A stretch of DNA of 63,789 bases, the filler included, from Octopus bimaculoides (taxonomy: Eukaryota): assembly GCF_001194135.2 (NCBI RefSeq). It is 6 parts of 5 records of this genome, joined end to end, with 100 filler letters (N's around TTAATTAATTAA, not from the genome) between each part and the next. Parts side by side here need not be neighbours in the genome. Positions count along the whole stretch, not along the records: positions 19,311 to 34,295 come from NC_068981.1; positions 34,396 to 42,906 come from NC_068983.1; 4 more parts are not named here. One strand, given 5' to 3'. Positions 23,811 to 36,972 of the stretch are shown one piece after another. The position numbers were made by a program, and so were the translations under genes. The notes below the pieces were generated by a model. That model was not told where the DNA came from. It ran no database searches and was given only the letters and a program-made list of their open reading frames with translations. Each line of letters opens with the position of its first letter. The first letter of the stretch is position 1.

Positions 23811-24770
23811 ANNNNNNNNNNNNNNNNNNNNNNNNNNNNNNNNNNNNNNNNNNNNNNNNNNNNNNNNNNNNNNNNNNNNNNNNNNNNNNNNNNNNNNNNN
23901 NNNNNNNNNNNNNNNNNNNNNNNNNNNNNNNNNNNNNNNNNNNNNNNNNNNNNNNNNNNNNNNNNNNNNNNNNNNNNNNNNNNNNNNNNNNNNNNNNNNN
24001 NNNNNNNNNNNNNNNNNNNNNNNNNNNNNNNNNNNNNNNNNNNNNNNNNNNNNNNNNNNNNNNNNNNNNNNNNNNNNNNNNNNNNNNNNNNNNNNNNNNN
24101 NNNNNNNNNNNNNNNNNNNNNNNNNNNNNNNNNNNNNNNNNNNNNNNNNNNNNNNNNNNNNNNNNNNNNNNNNNNNNNNNNNNNNNNNNNNNNNNNNNNN
24201 NNNNNNNNNNNNNNNNNNNNNNNNNNNNNNNNNNNNNNNNNNNNNNNNNNNNNNNNNNNNNNNNNNNNNNNNNNNNNNNNNNNNNNNNNNNNNNNNNNNN
24301 NNNNNNNNNNNNNNNNNNNNNNNNNNNNNNNNNNNNNNNNNNNNNNNNNNNNNNNNNNNNNNNNNNNNNNNNNNNNNNNNNNNNNNNNNNNNNNNNNNNN
24401 NNNNNNNNNNNNNNNNNNNNNNNNNNNNNNNNNNNNNNNNNNNNNNNNNNNNNNNNNNNNNNNNNNNNNNNNNNNNNNNNNNNNNNNNNNNNNNNNNNNN
24501 NNNNNNNNNNNNNNNNNNNNNNNNNNNNNNNNNNNNNNNNNNNNNNNNNNNNNNNNNNNNNNNNNNNNNNNNNNNNNNNNNNNNNNNNNNNNNNNNNNNN
24601 NNNNNNNNNNNNNNNNNNNNNNNNNNNNNNNNNNNNNNNNNNNNNNNNNNNNNNNNNNNNNNNNNNNNNNNNNNNNNNNNNNNNNNNNNNNNNNNNNNNN
24701 NNNNNNNNNNNNNNNNNNNNNNNNNNNNNNNNNNNNNNNNNNNNNNNNNNNNNNNNNNNNNNNNNNNNNN

Positions 24771-24809
<39 letters not shown>

Positions 24810-25325
24810 CATATATATTTATATGTACACACACATACACACAAATACACACACATAATTATTATAAGTATGCTTTTCTACGCCTACAGTGTACACATTG
24901 AACTATCTCTGCATATATAGTAAATACTAACATTTCGCGTTAATATTTCGCGTTATATGATTTCTATCATTTTAATTTTGTCTAAAATATTCGTATTTGG
25001 CCCTCCCTAAATCTGTCTTTGTGTATGTTGAATTGTTTGTACCTATCTCTGTCCCCAAGAAATAATGTCCGTCTGTCTTTTCCCCTCAATCTCTTCAATT
25101 TCCTCTTTTCGTGTCGTATTTGTTTCTCATCAATGCCTGTAGCAGCAACACTTTGTTTGAATTTTTCCTAGCGAACTAGGGTAGAATGTCTGTGATGAGA
25201 TTGACAACTGCCTCTGCTACTCAAGTGTGGACGGTACAGCATGTCCAGAGGCAAGCAGGTGGCTGTTTTCGATCATTAACAGGGGGACAGCTGGCGATGA
25301 ATTATTGCGATCGTCCCATTTAAAA

Positions 25326-25327
<2 letters not shown>

Positions 25328-25375
<48 letters not shown>

Positions 25376-25630
25376 GTAGTAGTAGTAGTAGTAGTAGTAG
25401 TAGAAGTAGTATTTCAAACGTGCGNNNNNNNNNNGCGGGCGGGTGTATTCTTCTGACCCGCTCTGGGCAAGATCAGTAGAAAGAGATTGTGTCAAGGGAT
25501 ACATATATATATATAAGGGGAGAGAGAGGGGAGGTAAGTAGATAGATAGATAAATAGATAGATAGATAGATAGATAAATAGGTGGATAGATAGATAGATT
25601 GATAGATAGATAGATAGATAGATAGAAATA
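25328..25630. repeat. Compound (TAT)n, (TAG)n and (GATA)n microsatellites
   Basis: Direct reading. Confidence 0.9.
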
Positions 25631-26886
25631 TAAATTGGTGGATAGATAGACAGGTGAGAAAGGGAAAAAGAAAGGAGTGATGCACGAGGCTACACTTGAA
25701 TGCCGCAAGATATTCGTGATAGCGTCAATGGATGTATATTGTATGCATTACTGCTTATGTCTATTCAATCTCTACACGTGTGATTTCTCCCTTTTCCTAT
25801 ATCTTGTTAAATTTGTAACGTTTTATAATTTTTACTGTTTTTTTTTCTTTTTATTGTGTTTTGTATGTTACTAGATTTAGATGCTATTTTTATTGTTTTT
25901 GTCGTTGTTGGTGTTATAGTTGTTAACGTCGTGTCGTTTAGGTAATACTCAGCCTTGACCAAAAAGACAGCTGATGAAAAGCATTTCTCATTAAGGATTA
26001 TGTCTCTCGGAATAATTTTCATTCGTAATATAACAGGGTGTGATTTCAGCGGCATTCCTTTTCTGTTAATAGCAGACCTGTCGTGGAACGAATTCCAGCT
26101 TTGACCATCACGGCTCTTAGTTTAGCCTTTGTTTAGCTAAGAGTACATTATCAAATGGGCTCTTCTTGATTTTAAGATGACAAGGTGGTAACAGATTTGG
26201 TTGTTATTACTGACCGGTCCTATGACCACATAGACAAGCACCATTGTCTTTTCGTATTTCTGTAATTATTAATTTTTTCGTGTATCCTCCGTCAGTCTTC
26301 TTCAGATGACGTTACTTATATTATTATATATTATTGTTTGAGTGGTCGACTTTGCCTTACATCCTTTCCGCGATCGATAAAATAAGAGCCAGTCGAGTAC
26401 TGCGGTAAATGTACTCGACTAACAATATTCCACCAACATAGGCCTTGTGTCTATTATACAAGAATTATTATTATTTTTTGTTTAGTGGGAGTCAGATGTA
26501 GTTAGTCCAGAAGGTTTTCACTCCTCAAGATTTGCTCCATTTGAATTCTTCATTAACCGCTTTAGTAAGCATTCGAATGTGACGCCAATAAAATCACTTT
26601 CTTTCTTAGAAGATATAAAGGTTTTAAGGGGTCTCGTATAAAACTTACTTATGCTACTTCTAGACACCTTCTATAGTTTGAGCTTGTGATATTTTTATAT
26701 TTCATTCATGAGAATTAGCGATATTATTGGATTATATTGAAGCAAAAGAAATTAATATTAATAAATGAAAAAAAAAACCGTGGTTTCGGATTCTGTTCTA
26801 TGTGGGAGAACTGTCCTATACTATAGCCCCGTGCTTTGTAAGTGAACTAGGTTGACGGAAGCCCATCTTATATTTATATAATTATA

Positions 26887-26950
<64 letters not shown>

Positions 26951-27139
26951 AAGAAAGACTACTAGATGGCTTCCGAATATGATGGAAGTAGACACCAAAT
27001 CGTCTTGCCACGAAAAATATGTTCCCAAATTAGCAGTTAATTCCATACTATAAGATTTCGCCATTAAAAATCAAATAATAGTTATCGGTGGCTCGTCTGT
27101 GGAATCGCCGTAGACACATAACAATGGAACTAGATTCCA

Positions 27140-27420
27140 ATAGCCTCCTTGATAGGTCACGTGCGTACAGAGTTCCACAGCTGTTTCGGCATGCGTTTAT
27201 CTCCTGTTCGAACAATATGTCCACACCATTTCAATCGGTTCCTCAAAATCATAGCTTTAATTGAGGTAATGCCTGCAGAAGCAAGGACATCTGTGTTTGG
27301 AGTTAAAGAACTCCATTTAATTTTTAAAATGCGATGAAGGCATTATTGGTGGAATTGTTCTAGCGGTTTAAAATGCCTTTCATAACAAGTTCAAGTTTCA
27401 CAGGAATACGCCAGAGATGG
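27140..27420 (-). mobile_element. RTE-clade LINE fragment (post-RT region)
   Basis: The minus strand reads HFKPLEQFHQ*CLHRILKIKWSSLTPNTDVLASAGITSIKAMILRNRLKWCGHIVRTGDKRMPKQL. Confidence 0.8.
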
Positions 27421-27735
27421 TAAGGCAAAGGATTTGTAAAGAGCCAGCTCTGTATTCATATATGCATGTCGCTGGCACCAAACGCGTGACTCCAAGCCAC
27501 CAAATGCTTTTGCTGCCCTTTGAATTCGCAGCTGTATATTTTAAGGTGATTACTAACAGCACCACACGCAGATTGATGCATTACAACTGTTTTTTTTTTC
27601 TTCAAGTTATTTTATTATTTTAACACCTGACCATTGTGCCCGGAAATCTTTCGTCACACATCTGTGACCTGTTCAGAAACTCTTTTCGTTTCCGTGGCAA
27701 AAAAATTAATAAATGAAATGACCATCCCGAAGTAT

Positions 27736-27774
<39 letters not shown>

Positions 27775-28227
27775 AAGAATATATATACATGTATACACAC
27801 ATATAAGTACATACTTACATCTACATGTGTATATATATGCATATCAGTGTACAGGACGTTATATATATACATATCTACAGCTCAAGAATTTTTAAAAACA
27901 CGTGAAGGCAGCAGTTATAGGACAAACAGTATTGGAGTGTTTTATTCATTATTCATTATGTTTTTAAAAATTCTTGAGCTCTAGGACCCATAAAAAGGGG
28001 AAGGAAACAACATCGACTGCCACACTTGACTAGTTCATTGTTATATCCATCACGAAGAGATGTTAAGCATGGTTGACCTGCGTAGGAATTTAACTCAGAC
28101 CGCAAAGAGCCGGAAGATATGCTGTTACGTTTTTTGTTCAACTCACTAACGATACTGGCTGTTTATCACCTTACCTATTCCTATCCACAGAATCTTTAAC
28201 TAAAGAGAGCTTGTGTACTTTTGTGAA

Positions 28228-28549
28228 GGCGCATGACTCAGTGGTTAGACCGTCGTGCTACCAATCATGAGGTGCTGAGTTCGACTGTTGGCCCGGGCTG
28301 TGTTATATTCTTGGGCAAGACACTTTATTTCAAGTTGCTCCAGTTCACTCAGCTGTAGAAATAAGTTACGACGTCACTGGTGCCAAGCTGTATCGGCGCC
28401 TTTGGCTTTCCCTTAAAAAACACTGGTGGCTTGGAGAGAGGAGACTGTTACGCATGGTCTTCCACAAACAACCTTGCCCGAACTTCTGCTTCGGAGCGGA
28501 ACATCCTAGGTGCTATCCCAAAGTCATTTATGGCCGAAGGGGTTCTTTA
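28228..28549 (+). mobile_element. SINE family C (tRNA-derived), full length
   Basis: A-box tgactcagtgg and B-box gagttcgact, then ttcttgggcaagacactttatttc. Homologous to 63131-63436. Confidence 0.88.
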
Positions 28550-29356
28550 TATACTTTGATAATATAAGATTCAAGTTCCATCGAAACCTGCCATAATTAT
28601 TTGTCCCTTTCTGTCTTTTACCATAGTTTTCACTGCTCTACAGACTCCATCTTTCTTATTTTTCTCACCCTACTTAAAGGCTTTTCTCCTTATGTTTACT
28701 GTTTTGAGCAACTGCTATATACCTACTAGATATTCATTTCCAATCAGCAGAAAATGTAGCCCATCCATAATTAGACCCCACATAATTAGAAACGATAAAT
28801 CATTGGTAGAATAATTCATTAAGCCATTCCTTAAGCTATTCTATTCTATGGATGTAAAGTCGTGTAAAGTACTGAAATAACTTATGTTAAGATACAACAT
28901 TGGATATACACCTGCATCCGGTTAATCTTTAATGCAAATAGATTCAGAAGGGCATAAGCTGTAGGTACTAAATTTTGAAGAGCATAGGGAATAACATTCG
29001 TAAACACATATATTCTGGTTCCGATATAAGCACAGAAACATACACTAACAATTTATGCATGCTTATTTATGTATGTGTGCCCGCATGCGCCTATGTTTGC
29101 ACACACACACACACACNNNNNNNNNNGATAGATATAGATATAGAGAGAGAGAGAGAGAGAGATAGATATAGATATATATAGAGAGAGAGAGATAGATATA
29201 GATATATATATAGAGAGAGAGAGAGAGATATATATAGATATATATAGACACATAAAGAGATAGAGAAATATATATAAGAAAATTTCCTAAAGGTATACGT
29301 TTGCACTTTAAATATATAGTAACACCTGTATATGTATGTACGTATATATGTACATG

Positions 29357-29389
<33 letters not shown>

Positions 29390-30301
29390 TATCTTTAAGA
29401 ATTAACCGAATGGAATTGAAGAGTAAACGATACAATGTGTTATAAAGTTCAAATATTTGCAACTCATACACATATACATACATATACGCATACATACATA
29501 CATGCATGCATACATACATACATACACGCATATATAAATACATAAACACACACACATATATACATTATACACACATATATACTTGAGTGTGCGGGTTAGC
29601 TGCAGTGTGCGTGTGCACGCGCATATGTGAGCATATGTGCGTGTATGCATCTGTATGTGTGTGCGCGCGTGTGTGTATAATCAGAAGAGGACAAGATTTC
29701 TACAAGTGTGATCTAAAACGGAATAACACTTATCGTAAATTGAACCAAGCATCTATCGTTTGATGGGCGACAGTGTTTACCATTTACAGGAAGTGGCCGC
29801 TGTTCGAAATCCACTGTGGCAATAACAGACAACTTTTATGTTTTACAGAGGATAAAAAGGACAATTTACTCAGCTGAGGTAGAACATGTAGCTGCTACGT
29901 AACCCGTCAGTGCATATGGACCCCGAATTAGTTCCTAACATTGTCCGGTAGAACGAAAAAGAGTGTGGGAGTGACTGAAATCCAAGGTGCTGGAGAATTT
30001 CTGATATATCTTAGTTATAATAAATATGCATTTGAATGATACTTAGCTGGACTTGAGGCATTGCCTTTGTTGGTAAGGGAGAATCCAGTTGCGGGTTTTC
30101 ATGGAACTAGGTATACTGTGCAGAGAGTGTGGGAATCGAATGTTTTCTGAGTATCAGACTTAGTTTTGGTTTGAGTGTTTGTGTGTGTTGGAAGAGATAT
30201 TGTGAGGACCGTGACTTCGATGAAAAGTGAAGTGAGATATGAGTCCTAAAAATTTCACACTGCCTTGACTTTGTTGTTCCATTTTATTTAACATACATAC
30301 A

Positions 30302-30337
<36 letters not shown>

Positions 30338-30391
30338 TATACACACATATATATATATATACATATATATACATACTTACAAATATATATG

Positions 30392-30501
<110 letters not shown>

Positions 30502-30547
30502 AAAGAGTAAATGAGTATATGCATATATACGTACAGGTATGTGCATA

Positions 30548-30777
30548 CCTATTTCTTTACTGCCCACAAGGGGCTACACACAGAGGGGACAAACAAGGAC
30601 AGACAAACGGATTAAGTCGATTATATCGACCCCAGTGCGTAACTTGTACTTAATTTATCGACCCCGAAAGGATGAAGGGCAAAGTCGACCTCGGCGGAAT
30701 TTGAACTCAGAACGCAGTGGCAGACGAAATACCGCGAAGCATTGCGCCCGGCGTGCTAACGTTTCTGCCAGCTCGCC
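30548..30777 (-). mobile_element. SINE family B, well preserved, alternative tail
   Basis: Reverse complement: ggcgagctggcagaaacgttagcacgccgggcg...gagttcaaattccgccgaggtcgactttgcc...gtgggcagtaaagaaatagg. Confidence 0.92.
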
Positions 30778-32736
30778 GACATCCACCTGTATGTATAGGT
30801 GCATACCGACATCCACCTGTATGTATAGGTGCATATCTGGGTACAGGACATTGCAAACAACACGTAGACAAGAAAACACACAAGCCACATAGAGAACATT
30901 TTCCTTCATCAGCTACCCCCGTTTTAACACTGGCGTTTGGAAGAGCTGGGTAGGACGCATCGTTAAAACGGCTCTTCCCATGGACCGCAAATTAAATTTG
31001 TATACACAAATTAAACCTTTCCATGGAGGAATGTAGTGGCGGACAAAAAACAAGACAGGAAAACAAACGGAAAAGGCTATACGGCCAGACGGGAAAAATT
31101 ATGTGTGTATGAACGCCGTGAGGCACGAACTTCTGTATATATATCAATGTCGTTTTCCAATTGTTGCTTTTCAAATTGCTCTCCAAACTGCAGACATGAC
31201 TTCCTACAAGACTAGGTTCATTCAGTGCAGATCGATGGGAATGAATGTAATTAGTATTTATATTTGATCTTATTCCAATTCTCAGTTTATTACGATATCG
31301 TTTACGTACTTCCACTGATGAATTATCTTCTCTCATACTTTCGTTAGTTCTTTTCTTTAAAAATATTAATCAATTATTAATGTTGATGTTGTTTAGCCCA
31401 CGGTTAGTCTTGATTGTGTCTCCTTATGAAAAAATTAGTTCTTCCGGCGTGATATTGTATATCTACTGTATTTAATATAGTATGTCTATGATGATTATTA
31501 CATGGACTGTTGGGTATTTTTTTATTATATATTTTTATATCTACGTAATATTCTATATCAATGATGAATGTGTTGGTGATCGCAGAAACCAGTGTCTGTT
31601 TTCATATGTATGCATTAATGCGCTAACTCTGAAGAAACACTTCGGGATTCGAGACTATAATAGAAAGGATCATTCTTTGTATGTGTATATATTATTTTCT
31701 ATCTCTGAACACAGTATATTTATAGTGAGTGTCTTGATGATCACATCAGCCAATGATTATTTTTATTTTGTATGACAGGTATGTGATTTGAAGGAATGGC
31801 GGTGCTCACTCTAGAATTTCGATCGACAATGTTTAGGTTGTCATCAACATTTCTTTATATCTCCATTGCTGCAGGATTTTCAGTCAAGTAAGATGTCTAT
31901 TGTCACCGTTTAGGTTTAACGACCAGTTTATGGTTGCAATCTGGAATGCTGGTGAGTACAGAAATATTGCCAAATTTTATAAGGTGAAAGAAACCTTAAG
32001 AATCTCTCTCTCTCNNNNNNNNNNNNNNNNNNNNNNNNNNNNNNNNNNNNNNNNNNNNNNNNNNNNNNNNNNNNNNNNNNNNNNNNNNNNNNNNNNNNNN
32101 NNNNNNNNNNNNNNNNNNNNNNNNNNNNNNNNNNNNNNNNTATTTTTTCTATTTAAAAGTAGAAAATAGAGATTGGGAAGTTGATCATTGTTTATTATTA
32201 ACAACAAATTGGTCATCTTAACTTACAGCCGTTTCTATTAATACTCAATAAACATTGAATTTACATTTATGCGACATGAGCATAATATCATCAGAGGAAA
32301 AGAGATGTAACTTTGGGTGTTATATGTGTGCTTGCGATTAATAAAATTATATTTAACAATCAGAAAATTCTAATATCACGACAAAAGGTCCGAAGAGTAA
32401 AATACAAGTCTGATGGAGTGCCACTCTAATCATTAAAACCGCAAACATTACCAACATTTTCAGGTCGAAATTTTGCGAGCAGAGTTGATACAGAAAGGAG
32501 CGTCATGAATCATTAAAGATGTGTTAAATAATTTCTTTGTCTTGTTATTATTTTAATTGCAATTTACTCTTCGCTAAACACGCACAACGGTGTTACGACC
32601 GTGAAAACCAAGATTTTCTACACTTTCGGCATTGCTGTGGAACTCGATAGTGTTGATTGCCCACAATTCAGGTTGAGTGCTTCTTTGGAAATACCCTACC
32701 AGGACCTAAGATACACACACACACACACACACACAC

Positions 32737-32880
32737 ATGAACGAAAGCGTTCCATAAACTCACAAGGCACTGGTGGGTTCAAGGCTGTAGTAGAAAACAT
32801 ATGACCAAGCAGTCGTTGAATGGGACTGAACCCAATACCACGTGGTTGCGAAGTGAATTTCTTAACAATAGAGCCACGCT
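32737..32880 (-). mobile_element. SINE family A head
   Basis: Diverged reverse-complement match to the family A head, next to (CA)n. Confidence 0.75.
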
Positions 32881-33089
32881 TGCACCTTTCATATATACGT
32901 TTGATTATATTGCTTTGTATGTATATATATAGGTGCACACTTATAAAATATTAAAATCTAACCTAAAGATTATTTATGTATACTTTTTAAGTTCAACTTA
33001 ATCAACATTCAAAACTGAATCTTTGCTCAACGAAAATGCAATCCGATAATTTTCTGTCACAGATATGTTTAGTTTATAAATTTCTTATA

Positions 33090-33860
33090 TATTTTTCTGC
33101 GGATGATTTAATGACAATGATGATACTGAAGATGACGGCGACGATATCAATGAAGATAACGATGACGAGGACGACAACGGAAATGATGATGACGAAGAGG
33201 ATGATGATGGTGGTGGTGATGATGATGATAAGGACGAGGAGGATGAGGATGCTGAAGAGGATGGAAATGATACCAATGGTAATCACAATGTTTATCTTAA
33301 AGACGAAAATGCTAACAACAGAAACAGGGAAAACAAAAAGTCACAGTTAACACAATAACAATAACAATATTAATCACAACAAAAGCAGCAACAACAATAC
33401 TAATATTAATAATAATGACCATGATGCTAATAATAATAATAATAATAATAATAATAGTAGTAGTAGTAGTAGTAGTAGTAGTAATATTTATATTTACATT
33501 AGTAATTGTTTCAAAGCAAGGCACAGAGACTGTGACATTACAACTACGAGAGCAGCAGCGAAAAAGAAAAACACAGAAAACAGCAACTAAAAAAACTAGA
33601 AAGAAGTTAATTTTAAAACAAAAGGGGGGAAACGCTTAATAATAATAATAATAATGATAATAATAATAATAATAATTAGAAGAAGATGAAGAAGAATTGC
33701 AATAAAGATGAACATGTTGATGATAATGATGATGGTTACTAATAATAGTAATGAAAGTCATGAGCTCCAAGAAGACGGGCGTAGGAGGAGGAGAAAAAGA
33801 AGAGGAAGAAGAAGGGAAGATGGATGATAAGAATAAGAAGAGGATGAGAAGGAGGAGAAA
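33090..33860. repeat. Mosaic trinucleotide low-complexity tract (GAT, GAC, GAG, AAC, AAT, TAG, GAA)
   Basis: Direct reading. The ORFs here are poly-D/T/M/I artefacts. Confidence 0.85.
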
Positions 33861-34011
33861 TTGAAAGCCATTAGCTTATATGTGCTATTATTCGGCTGAA
33901 TGAATTAATTACATTATCCCCACATCCGATTAAATTTTGAACAGAGTAAAACATCTGCCTGCTGGGAAATCTGTCCTAGTATATATTTATATCTTAAATA
34001 TATAAAATACA

Positions 34012-34044
<33 letters not shown>

Positions 34045-34188
34045 GCATATATACATGTAAATACATACATATACATACATATGAATATATATATACACAC
34101 ACACACACATAGGTAGGCACATACATACTTACACTCAGCATGTAAACGTTCAGACACAGAAACGCAAGTACACACATACACACACGTA

Positions 34189-34225
<37 letters not shown>

Positions 34226-34257
34226 TGTTTATATTTGAGTATACACGTAAACATATG

Positions 34258-34289
<32 letters not shown>

Positions 34290-34454
34290 TATATANNNNN
34301 NNNNNNNNNNNNNNNNNNNNNNNNNNNNNNNNNNNNNNNTTAATTAATTAANNNNNNNNNNNNNNNNNNNNNNNNNNNNNNNNNNNNNNNNNNNNAAACA
34401 TATGTAGGAATAAAGTATGCAATTATAACATGCGTTTTCTCCATTCCTTAAATT

Positions 34455-34496
<42 letters not shown>

Positions 34497-34525
34497 CATA
34501 CATACATATTTGACAACAAGATTTT

Positions 34526-34594
34526 ATATACAGTTACCCAAGGTTTCGCACCCACAAAGCCAAAGCCTTGTGGACAGCTCGTCAGATTCTATAT
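34526..34594 (-). ncRNA. Type I hammerhead ribozyme in the 3' pLTR
   Basis: Reverse complement: CTGACGA-gctgtccacaaggc tttg gctttgtgggtgc-GAA-ACC ttg GGT-A-actgtata. Canonical core, 13-bp stem II with G-U pairs, imperfect stem I. Confidence 0.72.
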
Positions 34595-36771
34595 GAATAC
34601 AAAATTTTTAAATATCTATATTGCAGACATGAGGAAATGCTCAGAATTCGAGGAATACGTAAAAACGTTAATGAGTACAGGTTATTTCCCCTTAAACAGA
34701 GGGCGGAGGCGGCTTTATAGACTTGGAGAGGCCTAACAAGTAAATGGAGAGATCCAATTTTCTAGTAAGTAGTGCTTGAAGTGGATACATTTAGAAAACA
34801 CTTCTTTATGGTTGTTTAATGTGCCAGGTTTTTTAGAGTCCTTAAGAATTTTTGTTCTCTCCGTGATGCAGATCTTGCAATAGCCACTTCCATTAATATA
34901 CGCGCCCAGAAAATCAATTAATTTCCACCTGGCATCACATGGAGTTCCTTGATCTTTGAGGTGCCACTCATGGTGGGCAGAGACGTGACAAAATGTCTTC
35001 CTGGGACTCTGAAAGATGACTGGTGGTTAAGAAAATGTTTCTTGAACAAAGTACTCGCCAAACCAATATATTTATAAACATGGGAGTGGCCCTATTTGCA
35101 CTCCAAGTAACATATGGCACAGGGCTGGTCATCCCATTGGTGTTGAAAATGAATGTTTGGTCCTCATCTGAGGTGGCGGAACTGGGAATGGCAGATACCT
35201 TCTTCAAGTTGTTGGATCTGGATAGGTCATTATTTTCAGGTGTGGGGTTTGTACTGGTCACTCTATCTGCATCTACGGTTTGTTCATTATCCATGGCAGT
35301 GGTACCAGGATCTTCTGTGCACAATTAAAGGAGACTCTTAGGTTGTGCCTGTTAAACAAATGCCTGTATCTATGCATGTGTAAAATGTTTGTCTATTAAT
35401 CTAAGGAAAATCTTTCCCACACAAGTCTTGATGTTGAGTGAGAAGGGTGGAGCAAACCAAATGAAATTTCTGCGGCACTTCCTTTTCCTGGTGCTAGGGC
35501 CAGGTATGTAGGAGATGCAGTCCTTAAACCCACTCGATGTCAGTACCTCATTGTAGTAGGGGGCAGCAGCGTTGAAGATATCTTGGCTCGAGGATAAATT
35601 CAAGATCCTCTTGCTTACACCTTTCACTAGGTTCTTGAAAACTATGAGGGGGCTGGTGGAAGGAGGCTGTGCTAATATAAGACAGTCTTTCGTTTGGCTT
35701 GTGATATGGCCTGTGTGTACCAGAGCCCAGATCTAAAGTACCATCTAAAAAATCTACTGTGGTGAGATTAGTCTCAATGACAACCATGAGACTCACTGAG
35801 TCTAAGGTGCTAATTAGGTCCTTTCTAAGTCTAACATGCTACTGTTGGCTCCTGGTGTCCAGGAAGTACAGTCCGATAAGATCACAGACATCGGTGCTAT
35901 CATATGCTCCCATAGCTACATCAAAGGAGCCCTCGGGGTCAGATTGCTTGACCCAAGTCGAATCTTTGCTGAACAGCACAGTCTTCCTGGTATGCATGAT
36001 AACTCTAACATCTGTGAAGCCCTTGGTAAAGGAAAGTGCCTTCTGTCAAACTGTGTAAATCTAGCCCTAACTCTGTCCTTGTTGGCAATGAACCATTGGT
36101 GCTGCGCCATAGAGGGTGGCTTGTTAGTCTCACGTCATCATTAATCCTCCTCAGTATATACTTACTCATCTGGCTAATCTTGGACTTGGCTGGATTGATC
36201 AGGCAGCATTTGGGGTTAGAGGCAAAATTCGGCTTGTGATCTTTCAGTTATAAAAGCATTTTTCTTGGCCAAGATCTCTACTCTGTCTGCCATACTTAGA
36301 TCAATTGCTATTTGTTTAGCCTCACAGTTAATGTTATTGTAAGTGTATGAGGAAGAATGTCTGTATTTTTGTATGATTGAATCATTTAAAAGCCTATTGT
36401 AAGCTTATCTGAAAAGATTAAGGACCTGTTAGAGTTTCTTATTTCATGCAGATCTTCATGGAGTTTAATTTGAAAAGGGGAAAAGGATTTATGGAATTCA
36501 GCCTGAGTATTATGCCCAGTAGGATTGCTTCAAAGGCCTCGAGTTCCTTTGGTTCTAGGTGGGAACTTCCTAGATTTGATACCGTATATATTAGCCTCAG
36601 AAGATGGTGTGCTTTGATCATAGAAAAATGCCTTCCATCTCATATGCCTTATAAGGTCTATGATTTTCCCCAGTAACATTTTCATGTAGACCTCACTAAC
36701 GTTTTTTCGTATTCCTCGAATTCTGAGTGTTTCCTCACGTCTGCAGCATAGATATTTTAAAATTTTGTATT

Positions 36772-36840
36772 CATATATAATCTGAAGAGCTGTCCACAAG
36801 GCTTTAGCTTTGAAGGTGCGAAACCTTGGGTAACTATATA
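36772..36840 (+). ncRNA. Type I hammerhead ribozyme in the inverted 5' pLTR
   Basis: atatataat-CTGAAGA-gctgtccacaaggc ttta gctttgaaggtgc-GAA-ACC ttg GGT-A-actatata. Canonical core, two mismatches in stem II. Confidence 0.7.
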
Positions 36841-36972
36841 TAAAATTTTGTTGTAGTAACTAGAGCGTATTTCATTCTGATATATGTTTTTTATTGACTA
36901 TATATATATATAGTCAATAAAAAACATATATCAGAACGAAATACGCTCTAATTATATATATANNNNNNNNNN

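Larger units (their letters stand above)
34514..36856 (-). mobile_element. Degenerate Penelope-like retroelement with inverted pLTRs
   Basis: Minus strand: YMKMLLGKIIDLIRHMRWKAFF, LINPAKSKI, DVAMGAYDSTDVCDLIGL, VDFLDGTLDL..RPYHKPN, IWFAPPFSLNIKTCVGKIFLRLIDKHF, YIGLASTLFKKHFLNH and CKICITERTKIL. The ~165-bp segments 34514-34680 and 36692-36856 are inverted copies. Confidence 0.9.

Noticed and set aside
25200-25327. EASRWLF peptide before the (TAT)n tract, reminiscent of RLE-LINE C-termini
   Set aside because: Too short and degenerate to support a call.
25973-25995. Isolated CTGATGA matches (also at about 31315 and 57800)
   Set aside because: No correctly placed GAAA or stems; expected by chance.
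28228-28300. tRNA-like sequences with A and B boxes (all SINE heads)
   Set aside because: No complete cloverleaf, and each continues into a multi-copy SINE body, so they are not tRNA genes.
31879-31899. Possible 13-nt microexon (cag|gattttcagtcaa|gtaag)
   Set aside because: Such splice-like motifs are common by chance and nothing else supports it.
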